Shown piece after piece: positions 48,328 through 60,600 of a DNA stretch of 64,000 bases. Under the pieces are notes generated by a model. That model was not told the DNA's origin. It did no database searches and worked only from the letters and a program-made list of their open reading frames with translations. Each line of letters opens with the position of its first letter. The stretch's first letter is position 1. The stretch spans positions 7,888 to 71,887 of the forward strand of contig NIVC01003350.1 of NCBI GenBank assembly GCA_002269645.1, written 5' to 3'. The translations under genes and the position numbers were made by a program. The DNA is from Macrostomum lignano. Its lineage: Eukaryota.

Positions 48328-48612
48328 CCTGCAGAGATTTGACCGCAATGCTTTTTTTCTGCATTGCCTCTCCCCAATGCTTAGTAAGTCTTTTTTGCTT
48401 TTTTCCTACAGCGCATTTGATAGCTGGAATCTGTCTGCATTGCCCCCCCCCAAAATATGCATTTGATATGCAGTTACTATCAAAACGTTTGATTGGGTAA
48501 ATCTCTTTATTAATAAGACTTACTAAGCATTGGGGAGGCAATGCAGAAAGACTTTGCCACGTGGCAAAATGCACTGTATAGGAAAAAAGCGTTGCGGGCA
48601 AATCTTAGCAGG
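48328..48612. mobile_element. Foldback/MITE-like element with long inverted arms
   Basis: cctgcagagatttgaccgcaatgcttttttt...ttctgcattgcctctccccaatgcttagtaagtctt pairs with aagacttactaagcattggggaggcaatgcagaa...aaaaaagcgttgcgggcaaatcttagcagg. Confidence 0.7.
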
Positions 48613-48669
48613 AAAATCACAATGGGAAAATCTCCTGCGGGCAATTTGTCTGCAGGCATTTCTCGTGCT

Positions 48670-48812
48670 CCCCTGTGTGTGCTTGTGTACACAACTGCAT
48701 AAGTATCTATGTACTTATGTGCCTGCTCTGGGGAGTTAGCAGGATAGGTAGCAATGCCTCTTGCTGGTTTTGTGACAATGTTACTTAAAGTACACCAGGG
48801 TGAACACCACAT
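48670..48812 (+). mobile_element. Decayed 3' fragment of the 19972 SINE family
   Basis: gtgcctgctctggggagttagcaggataggtagcaatgcctcttgctgg...cttaaagtacaccagggtg aligns to 20215-20305. Confidence 0.65.
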
Positions 48813-51373
48813 TGCAGACCATGCCGCATGTACAATATGCCAGAAAGAAAAAGCATTGTATTAGAGTGTACACCAAGTCACAAAATAAAACAAGCATATA
48901 TGCATATGCATACTCAATAAACAAATTAAATAACACTAAAAATCATTTTATTTATGAAATAAATTAAAGCATCAAATTATTTGAGAAGAATAAATTACAA
49001 AATATATCATAATGTATCATTCCTATTTATATTCTTTTAACCAATTTTAAGAAACTTTAATTCTTTCTTAATTATTGAATATGTATATATATATAATATA
49101 TATATATTACTGTTTTGATGGCTTACATTGAATAAAAATTTCATATTTATTTGCATAACAAAATATGCACAACTTTTTTATAAAGCTTGTATATGCCAAA
49201 AACAGCTTAATAGATTGGCTGCTACCATTGCACAGAAGCAAATGAATCATGGTCTGGTCTAATTCCTGCACAATAATGCCTTATCCCCAAACTACCAAGG
49301 TGACTTACAAAAAGTTACTGGACCTTGGCTGGAAACTAATGCCTCATCCATTGTATTCCCACAACCTAGTGCATAATGACTAACTACCATTGTTCTTGGT
49401 AGTTGTTTCCTAATTTCCTAAAATGTTTTTTTCTATAGAACTAATATTGTATATACTAACTATATTGTATATAGTTGTATAATCTATACCTATAATATGA
49501 GTTGACTTTACTTATACTCCAGAATGGCAGACTCAAGGCAATACCAAGTTTCAAAATGACAGAGAATTTCAACAGCCTATAGGTTTGAGGAACATGCCCA
49601 AATGACATACATTACTATTCTTTAAAGATGATAAGACCTATTCCAAGCTAAGTGCCAACTCAATGCTATTACTAAGAGCTTTACAAGATAGACCTGCAAC
49701 AACTCAAACTAAAAATGGCCATATAGTTAACAAATGGACTAACTGGCTATGTTGTCCTTTCTTCAATGAGCACATTGCTCTTAAGTACTAGTCAATCTTC
49801 TAGCATTGCTAGTGCATCTAGTGTGACCTTTTCAAGCCAGGTCACAGGTGGTACAAGTCATCTTCCTGATAATCAATCAGATTCTTATGAGGACATGCAG
49901 CTAGCAGCTTAAGATTCTTTGAAGAATGAGACTGACACTTATTATAGTAGAAGATAGAGAAGAAGTGATGATGATGACCCATTCTCTATCAATATAAGTA
50001 TGACTTCAAATATGACCAGTGATTAGAATGATCAAGTGTCTAAACTAAAAATGTTGAACAAAAATGTTGCAAAATTGCTTGGGTGGCAATCAGTTATTCA
50101 GAAGCTGAGAAAGTTGCAAAAGGCTTAGAAAAATGGTCAACATAATGGTAATAGTGTTCCTCTCAATGATATTGCTATTGGAAGTAAGTGTGAGAATTTG
50201 GAACCCATGCTTTTCAATGGAATTGACTTAAGTCAAATTGGTCATACCAACTCATCTTATTCTGAGTTTGGGATTTTACTAGCAAGGCACCTATGGTTAG
50301 ATGATGAGCTGAAGGCTTGTTGAGTAAGAGGTAAAAGGCAATCTGATTGTGCTCATTATGTGTATCTCTTACTTGAGGGAATCTATTCTTCTAAGCTATA
50401 AATAGCTACTTTTGTTCTGACCTAGTTGCTGCAGAAGTTGCTAGAGATATTGCCAACTAACTTGGCAATGACCTAAAGAGAATAATCTAAGAATAGAAGT
50501 CAAAGCATACATGCACAACTGCTAGCTGATCTGGCTAATCTGGCCATTGTAACTTATAGTAGACCACTAGAGATAAGTTGGGAAAATGCCCACGTGAAAA
50601 AATATAGGTGATTACTAATTAGATGACAAGGTATTGAGCCTTAATAATAGTTATTCCTACTATTTACCTAAAATTTGTTAATTTTTGTTTTAGGGTTTCT
50701 TTCATAGGTAAGTTGTAGTTTTAGTCAAAATGTAAGTTGGATAGCCATTATAAATCAATGGGTTTATGCATGTATGATTATCTGTGTTATTTTTGCTCAC
50801 TTAATAATTCAAAAAATAATAGTAGGGAAACCAATTGTAACAAGATTATAGAAAAAAGAAAATTATTAGTTTATACTAGCACATTAATCCCCTATAGGGG
50901 CATTCAAATTCAAAATTCAAATATTGAAAGTATGGAAAATTTGCTTTTTGACCCAAACTATTTTATCTATTTCCAAATTGATTTCTTTCTTATTTGAAAT
51001 TTTATATATATTTAGCAACATTGATTGAAAAGTCACCATTCTATGTACCTCTGAGCAATTTCTCTTGGATTATTCTAAATAAAGATATGAGAAAACTGAT
51101 CACTGATTAGTAGCTTTAATCCATCTAATAAAACCCTCGCACACTGCACCCACCCCCCCCCTACTTCATTCTTCAACTCAAGCATCAAGCCTGCCATGGC
51201 ATAGCAAGTTGTCACTCACAAAAAAAGAGACTTCATCTGCACTTTTAAAAGAGGTGACCATAGATGGAATCTTCTATAGGCCTAATGGTTTCTATTCCTA
51301 TCAAAAAAGTTTGCTTGCATTATAAATTGCAACTTAGGCCCTATTAAAAAAACACAAAAACCATCAGTTATTA

Positions 51374-52160
51374 CGGTTCCTGGACACTTCGTCATCTTAC
51401 CACTTCGTCATCTACGATACTATTGTGAACACATCGTCATCTACTTCCTGGACACTTCGTCATCCACTTTGTCTAAAAAACTTATTGAATAGCTATATGT
51501 AACTTCGTCAGCTAAGTTGTATCGAGTAGTCATAAATATAGGTGGCTACACTGAGGATTAACTAACTGATTAACTAACTGATAATTAATGAGGATTAACT
51601 ATGACGGGGGAAGAGCTGGAGAAGAGAAGAGATCGCGATCGCGATCAGTACAAAATTGAATTCTACTCGCGGTTTAAATCATACAATATCTTGGAATGAT
51701 ACAGTAAAACAAAAATAACAATAAATTGGAAATATGCATACCTGAATAGCAAAATTAAATGCAACTTAAAAAAAACATATTAATAAAAACACAAAAACAC
51801 ACTATTCATAAACATATTTAAATCTACATCGTTACAACTCCACACATGTTTGTGGAAGCGAAGCTATAATAAAATTACAATGAACACTTGTACTCATACA
51901 GCGTGCATTTAGATGCCAATTATAGCGAGAAGTTGAATCCCTAAACGTGTATTTAATCCTATATTTTACAGACTATTGATCGAATCAAATAACAATTTTA
52001 CAGCTTTGCAAAATCTTGGGATGACGAAGTGTCCTCAAAATTTGGTCACTTCGTCATCTAGATTTCTAACAATTTTTTTGTATGACGAAGCGTCCAAAAA
52101 CCATGGTCACTTTGTCATCTGGATGACGAACTGGTAAGATGACGAAGTGTCCAGGACCCG
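51374..52160. mobile_element. MITE with ~40-bp TIRs and TTA target duplication (PIF/Harbinger-like)
   Basis: TTA|cggttcctggacacttcgtcatcttaccacttcgtcatc ... gatgacgaactggtaagatgacgaagtgtccaggacccg|TTA. The subterminal motif acttcgtcatc is repeated in both orientations. No ORF. Confidence 0.8.
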
Positions 52161-54231
52161 TTAATACAATGTTTAATGTGAATTAATTAAAAAAGCCATC
52201 AATATATTGGCAAACAAAAAGTGCTAATAAAAAATTATATGCTAATTTTCTGTTAAGAAATATGTTGTCTCATTGAAAATTTTGGTTTTGCATTAAATTC
52301 AAATTGTGCCTATATCTTGCACTATTGTAATGTATCTTTATATCTGTTTTAAAAGTAATCATATTTTGTTTTTTTGTATTTATTTCACATTGTGCATTAT
52401 TTGTATTTGTATTCTATTTATATTTCATTATACTTTTTATTGTATATATTTATGTTTATTTTGCTGGACAGTTTAAAATGAAGCCTGTTTTATTGACTAA
52501 TAATTACCTAATATTAATATGAATCATCAATTTTTTGTAAGAGTTTGCCGCTCCGATTTGGCACTTTTGACTAAGAATTTAAAACAGGCTCCTTGGTATT
52601 CATTTCATTACACTATATCCATACTATGCTAGATTTAATTTTCTCCCTTGCCAACTTGTAGCAAAATGCACTAGTGCCAATGTGGCGCATGTCTAACCTC
52701 CTTTTGTGCCAGAATTTTCTGTGAAAAATGCTATCTTCCTGACTATGTCTATGGTATGGGTAACACTATAGCCACTAGGCTATTCTATAAAACAGCCAAT
52801 GCTAGCAGGGCCATACTATAGGGCATAGGCCTATTTTGTATTTTATAATAAAGAAAAGTAGCTATGACATTATAATCATTCATATGCAAATATCATATAA
52901 CTGACTGAAGTCCTGCATGCAATTTTTCAGCACTAGATTATATTATATAGTAGAAGCAAGCGAAAGTACTTGAACTCGAATATCATTATATCAATTCAAT
53001 ATATTGTGAAAATAAGGGAAACATTGGTTTTTTTGCAAATTATAAAAACTTTTTAATTACCTGCAAACACAAATTTTTAAAGCTATTTATGATTAATCAC
53101 GCGCGTGATTTCCTTCTGTAGACTGTAGCCTAGGCCTAGGCGCTAGAATATTTCGGCTTTAAATAGTAAACTAAGCGTTTAGAGCTATGAAAGCAGGATT
53201 TTTGTTATTTCTAAACATCTTATCTATATCATCTATGAATATGATTACAGAATATTTGAATGTCCTAAGTATTGAAAAATCAGTTGCCTCAATCTCACAA
53301 AATTACTTACTCTTAAAAACACCGCGTCATAATAAAAACCTTCGAAATTAAAATTTTGAATGTTCTATGAAAACAATCAGCTGTTATAACAATTTTTAAA
53401 ACAAGTAAGGTACTTTTTTATTAGGTGTAAATTTCGTTATCGTTGTCTAATTCTACTCAAAAACTGTTAAAAAAGCAAATCACTTATAGCTAAAAACATA
53501 GCTTGCCAGTACGTAAATTTTACAATTGCCAAAATAACTCCTTGTTACGTTGGTGTTGGTCTTGACCTGTCTACAGGCCAACAGGCGTTGGACTTGGAGT
53601 TGCAGCAATTAGCAATACAACATATGGCTCTTATGTATTATAGTATTACTAAGCTAACACTCAGGCACCTTTTTATGTTTTTTTTTACTTTAACTAATAT
53701 GATAAATAAATTAGATATTAGATAGTAGGCCTAGGCCTTATTCCTAGCCCCTAGCTAAGCTAGACCTATTCCCTGAAATCCGAGAATCCAAGTAAAAATT
53801 ATAGGCCTACTTCATTAATTAATTCCTTAATCTTAAAAAGTTGATTATATTTCATACTAGAAATAATATAGGATTTTAAGATACTAAATAAGCCTATTAG
53901 GCTATTAGTAGGCCTAATATGCCTAGGCCTATGGTTATGTCTAAAATTTCCAGTCTAGCCTAAGCCTAGTAAGATCCTATGGATGGCTATAAGGTTTGGG
54001 TTTGCAATGATCAATTTCTTTGTATGCCTAGCCTGATATCCCAAGTAGAGAGTCCAGTGAGATTTTAATAACACTTTTAGTGTCATATAAATGCAATTCC
54101 ATAATGCAATTTTTGGCAATCTTCTAGTTTTGCACATTTAATTCAAACTGTTTTTAAAACGATAGTTAACGACAGTTTTGTTTTATGTTTTATGCCTCAG
54201 ACAGCATAATATAATAATAATAGTGCGCCAC

Positions 54232-54570
54232 CTAGAAAAGGATGTTCCCAAAAGTGTTGCGCGGATGGCAGCGACACCAGAGAAATTTGTCCAAGTGGGT
54301 GTCGAATAGGGCCTTGGACGTGCCATGCATTGCCCTGAAATGGGCCTTAGCATGGGCCCATGTGCCTTCCACTATGTTTGTGTGGACTTCTGGGTGGTTA
54401 GGGTCCACAAAATGCAGCCATTGGTTCACTGTCAAATGATTGGGTAGTTGGTTAGGGGGGGGCCTATATGCCTGCCACTGGTCGGTGATAATGCGAGTAC
54501 CGGGCAGCATATACCATTGCACAAGGGGTAGGATGCTAGCAGCGTTGCAATCTGGGATGGCCACAATCAT
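54232..54570 (-). pseudogene. Merlin/IS1016-like (ISXO2-type DDE) transposase C-terminal fragment
   Basis: IPDCNAASILPLV...PGTRIITDQWQAY...HLTVN..HFVDP...VHTNIVEGTWAHAK..FRAMHGT...HLDKFLW matches the Merlin/IS1595-family pattern (T..SD.W.AY; H.TVNH..FV; HTN.IE..W...K). Confidence 0.8.
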
Positions 54571-57500
54571 GCAGCGGCAGGTCGTAGGTCTAGGTCCAGA
54601 ACGATAGTTGTTGATGCTGCAGGGTGCCCAGCCATGATTGCTTTGCTGAAAATAAAAAAAAATACTTTAAAATAATTAAACATGTGAAACTAGAAGATTG
54701 CCCAATTTTCCCTTAAGGCTTTGGGATCATTTTTGATCAAAAGGTTTGATTTTCCAAGTTATAGATAAGAAGATGACATAACTTTTGAACTATTCAATAG
54801 ATTTTCATTCCTTATATGTCATTTTTAAGAATTTTTCTTGTAGATTATTTTGCCTTAGGCCTAGTGCTTTGCAAAATAAAACTAATCTTTTTTATTCACA
54901 AAACAATAATATACTATATATGGAATTTTAATCCTTATACCATAATTAAGCTACTTTTGTCCTTATATAGATCATCCAAATGTAACACCAAGCTAATCCA
55001 GCTGGCTGGCAAGGGGCCTAGCCAAGGTAAGCTACAAAAATACATATTCAAAACATTTTAAAGTAGTAGGCCTAGGCCTAATTAGCTGACAAGGCATTTA
55101 GCCCTTATAATACAGTTAAGTTATTCCTGTCATTTACCTAAACATTATATTAACTTTGCATATGCTTCTTTCAATTTCATAGTTAAGTTGCTTTTTCAAT
55201 AAAAAAGTTGTATCATATTGCCAGTGTATTTATGTATATACATGCTTATATGCACATATAATATCCAATGCAATGAAACTTGATAGTAAAATCAAAATCA
55301 ATTTGACTAATAAGATGACAAGTCACTTTCCTATAAAAACAGTAGTAATAGTTACTCCTGCTGTTTACCCAAAACATTGGTGCCATTCTGGAGTTGCCGG
55401 AAAAGCTGGCAATGAGATCATTGTTTTGTCTTGTTTGTTTGCCAGTTTAGATAATAAAGCAGAAGAAAAAACACTATCAATGCATATTTGTAAAAATTGC
55501 ACAACATTTTTTATTTTAAATAGAAATTTATATCTACTTTTGGCTCCAACTTTGAATTGCTATTGTGTAAATGCAGGAATACATATAAACAAGCAGTTTT
55601 CTACATTGGAAACTATGTGGCTAATATAATAGAAAACATTATTCAAAAGTTCCATTGATAGTTTTTTTAGGACAAAAACTCAAAAACAAAATTTTGCTAG
55701 CCTTTTAAAGGGGTATATGGGGTATTGTGTTATATTCCTTTAATTTTGCAATGATTTTCAATTTTCTAGAAGCATATGTTTTCCCTTTTTTCAGCTTCAT
55801 TTTATAAATTAAATACAAAATGTATTAAGTTTGACCAAGTGTAACTTTTTTCATATTTGCACAATTCAATCAGTTAGTTGTTTTTTTTCCATTTTTCCTA
55901 CCTTGTATATAGCTCACAGGACTTGCTACCGAATGTATCACTTTTTGTTTTTTATCTAAGATTAAGAAAGCCTAAAAAGTTGTTTTTTTCTAGGGTCTAG
56001 AGACAATAAAAGTAGACCCTAATCCTTTATATTAGAAAAAGAGCACTTGTTATTTAAGTTGTTATTTATACAATAACTAAAATAAAACAAATACTAGGCC
56101 TATTTTTATATACTATTCTATATATTGTACTTTATAATTATAATAATAGCTATAGTCTAGTTATATTTAACTACAAATCTATCCTTTTGAAACTAAATAA
56201 GTTGCATTCTTGATTTCTTGTTTGCTTCTTTTGAAATACCCTTTGTACTAGGAACCAATTAAAGGGTGATATTCAAAAGGGCAATAGTCATAGTATATTA
56301 TTTATTAGACAATTGATCTGTTGCCCTTTTGACCTGTAACCTTTTATACTTTATATTATTAATAGTACAAGCTAATAAAAGGCCTAAGCTATAAAAACAT
56401 CAATAATGCATAAACTCAATTAACTAACTTGTATTAGTTTAAAATGCATTGTGAAAATAAAAGAAAATAAAACTTTTGTTACTTTCTACTAGCTTGTTAA
56501 TTTACTATAAGTCTATTGCCAAGCTTCTACTACATTTTAGTTTGTAACTTTTGTTTCCATTGTCTGATTTTATAGATGTTAAAGTTAATGTTAAGAAGAA
56601 AGTTGCTGCTATAAAATTGTGTAAAATGATGTTTTTGGATTATTAAAATGAGAGATATAATAAAAGTAGCACCACTTTTGGGACAGCCCTTGTAGATAAG
56701 ATTAATTAAGATTTTTAGTATAGCTATATACTGAATAACTTTTATAGGAGTTAAATATTAATTTGTATCTCTATCTACATTATATCTGCATTGTATTTCT
56801 TATCTAATCTCTAGATAATACTACTTATCTATAAACAAAATAGTGTGCAGAATTTTGCTAATTTTATAGGTTAAAAGCTTTGAACAATCTAAGAAGTAAG
56901 GTAAAAACATTAGTATTTGAAGTTTTGATTTTTTAATTTATTATTAATGCTACCTATTAGTATCTTGGGCTTTTAGTGCTATTCAATAAAAGTAACAGTA
57001 ATTGGTCTTTTTGTTTTTAATTTACTGATCTCTTCTGCTCTGAAGCTGTTTTATAGCAAATAATCAGGTAAATAGATCAGCCCTCCCTCTAATGCAATAT
57101 GCCAATTTGCAGTGGCATTAACCCTGTATCCTTGTAATGTCTTGTAATGCCTTGTAATCTTTCCATGTCTGAAATCTGCTAATAATCATTGAGTCATTAT
57201 AGTTAATTTTCATCTCAGCTATTCGGTTGTTGATGAGCATATTACTCATGCACATGACTGAGCTTTTGTCTAACAGCCAGGCAATGTATTTGTCAATAAA
57301 AAACACGAGTCTGTCATTCATTTGACGCATAGAGTGAAGGGTAAGATAATGATAGCGCTGGAGCTGTGTGCACAACTGGTTTTCGTCCAGCCCGATTGGC
57401 TAGTGCTATTTTTAGCATCGGAAAATAACAGGAGGCCAGAGGCTATAATTACTGCGCATACATCATATATAACTGACAGCTTGTGGGGTGTTTGCTTTGC

Positions 57501-57672
57501 TTTTATAATCCAGGCGCTGTTTCTCGGATCGTTGCGCAATCGTCTCAATAATAATAAGAATAATAATTTAGGCACACTTGACCCCTCTTGACCTCCCATT
57601 CGAGGCCGCACGCAAGGCAGTATTTAGCTTATATATGAGCTGCTCACCTTGCAGCCCGCGACCCGCTCATCC

Positions 57673-60600
57673 ATGAAGGTGTACTGCATAGCCTGCCAGA
57701 AGCGCTGCAAAGGCGAGGTGCTCCGAGTGCAGGAGAAGTACATGCACCGCGACTGCTTCAAGTGCGCCGCCTGCTCGGTGGGCCTGGAGAAGGGCGGCTT
57801 CTTTGTGCGCGAGGCCAAGTTCTACTGCCCGGACGACTATCAGAAACTGTTCGGCGTCCGCTGCCGCATCTGCACCGAGTACGTCACCGGGGAGGTGATC
57901 ACCGCCCTCGGCAGCACCTTCCACCCCCGCTGCTTCAAGTGCCAGTCCTGCGACAGCCCGTTCGCGCCTGGCGACCGCGTCACCCAGTGGTCCAACCAGC
58001 TCTACCTGTGCAAGGCCTGCTCCCAGCGCACCGGCCGCGCAGCCTCCAGCGTTTCCAATGGCAACGGGCATCACCAGCGGGCGCTGGACTCGGATTCCAC
58101 AGTGGCCGGGGGCGCCAGCAGCAGCACGCCGCTGTCCAGAGCCTATCCTCAGCACCTGGCCTATCAGCAGCACCAGCACAGCCCCACCAGCTTCTCCTGC
58201 CCGTCCGAGTCCGGCCTCGGCGACCGCGGCGGCGGCAGCAGCAGCATCATCGGCGGCAGCGGCAGCGTTGTTCACCGCCGCTTCCCCAGCGGCTTCGGGT
58301 CGCACCTGCTGGCCAGGTCCTACCTGAGCATGGAGCAGGAGACAGAGCAGCGGACTCACCCGAACGACCGGTACAGGCGGACCACCAGCCCGTCCGTGTG
58401 CGGCTCCGTGACCGGCAGCGGCGCCCCCAGCCCGCAGCATTTCCACCTGCCGCCCAGCCGCGTGTCCCGCCAGGCCAGCCTGGCCTCTCGCAGCACCCAC
58501 CCCGGCTCCGTGGCCGCCGGCGGCAGCGGCAGACGGACGCCGAGGTCTCTGTCGCCGTCGCCAGGAGACGACCCGCTGCTGCTGAGCCTGTATCCGGGCG
58601 GCTCCAAGCCCGACCTGAGCAGGCCGGCCCCGATCGAGCGGGACAACTGGCCGGCTCCCGCCTTCTCCAGCCTGCTGCTGGCCGAGCTGGGCAGGCGCCA
58701 CCGCGGCGACGAGGACGACAGCATCGACGGGTCGAACGGGTTCCATGCTCAGCGGGAGACTCAGGAGCTTGAGCAGCAGCAGCGGCGGCAGCAGCAGCAG
58801 CGGCCAAGGCGGAGCAAACTCGAACAGGAACTGGCCGACGGCAAGATTGAAGTTGGCGGACTGGGCGCCGCCCTGCTACTTGGTGAGTGTCTTGCTTATT
58901 GGGTGCATCTGACTGTCATTGATCTGCTCATTGGGTGCATCTGACTGGTCATTGATCTGCTCATTCGGTACATCTGACCTGGTCATTGCTCTGCTCATTG
59001 GGTACATCTGACCTGGTCATTGCTCTGCTCATTGGGTACATCTGACTGGTCATTGCTCTGCTCATTGAGAACATCTGACTGGTCATTGCTCTGCTCATTG
59101 AGAACATCTGACTGGTCATTGCTCTGCTCATTGAGAACATCTGACTGGTCATTGCTCTGCTCATTGGGTACATCTGACTGGTCATTGCTCTGCTCATTGG
59201 GTACATCTGACTGGTCATTGCTCTGCTCATTAGGTACATCTGACTGGTCATTTTTAATGGGTCTATATGGTTCTGAGTATATCTGGTCATTGCTAATTGG
59301 GTCTATATGATTCTATAAGTATCTGGTCATTGTCCATCATGTCTGTCTTCCTGTCTGCTCATCTACTTGGTCATTGCTCATTGGATCTACCTGGTCAAGC
59401 TGCCATTAGGCGAATCGTGTATTATCTGGTCATCGCCTTTAATAAAGTTATGCTTAAAATAATCACTCTTTGTCTCGCAAGTGGTTGTCACTTAAATTCG
59501 TTGCACTGGCGCCGCCCCCTGTCCCAACACCCTGGCCCTGCAATATTTGGCACTCTCTCCCTCAGTCCCCCAGTCTGCTTGTTCGGGCAAGCCGCGGTCA
59601 TGCTGGCGCACTTCATGCTATTAGTGAGAGAGGAGACAGTCGGTCGGTGTGTGCAAGAGTGAATTTATTCTCGAAATGCCTGGCATTCACCCTGCTTGTT
59701 TTACCGCTTAATATGGCATGAGTAGGAGTGGCGTCCCCTGTTGTTTCTGGTTTAGGAATTTTATTTGCCTTCGTGTTATGGGGCTTGTTTGACCTCAGTT
59801 TCTGTTCTTATGACCTGTGCTGGTAGCACTGGTAGCAGCGGCCCAGAATGGAGGACCCTAGGGTTGTAGCAGCGGCCCAGAATAGAGGACCCTGGAATTG
59901 TAGCAGCGGCCCAGAATGGACGACCCTGGGGGTAGCAGCGGCCCGGAATGGAGGACCCGGGGTGTAGCAGCGGCCCAGAATGGAGGACCCTGGGGGTAGC
60001 AGCGGCCCAGAATGGAGGACCCTGGGGGTAGCAGCGGCCCAGAATGGAGGACCCTGGGGGTTGCAGCGGCCCAGAATGGAGGTCCCTGGGGGTTGCAGCG
60101 GCCCGGAATGGACGACCCTGGGGGTAGCAGCGGCCCAGAATGGAGGACCCCGGGGGGGTAGCAGCGGCCCAGAATGGAGGACCCTGGGGGTAGCAGCGGC
60201 CCAGAATGGAGGACCCTGGGGGGTAGCAGCGGCCCAGAATGGAGGACCCTGGGGGTAGCAGCGGCCCAGAATGGAGGACCCCGGGGGGGGTAGCAGCGGC
60301 CCAGAATGGAGGACCCTGGGGGTAGCAGCGGCCCAGAATGGAGGACCCTGGGGGTAGCAGCGGCCCAGAATGGAGGACCCTGGGGGTAGCAGCGGCCCAG
60401 AATGGAGGACCCTGGGGGTTGCAGCGGCCCAGAATGGAGGACCCTGGGGGTTGCAGCGGCCCAGAATGGAGGACCTAATAGCTAAAAGCCTTAAGCTTTG
60501 GCAGCGGTCCAAAAGCGCGGGACATTGCAGCTGCAGTGGCCCAGAAGTCCTTGCCAGCAAAGAGAAAATTAGCATCCAGATATGCCAGACGGAACTGCAT

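Noticed and set aside
57667-58807. Long antisense or alternative-frame ORFs overlapping abLIM, RXR, LARGE and lectin exons
   Set aside because: Expected shadows of GC-rich coding sequence; the conserved-motif frame explains each region.
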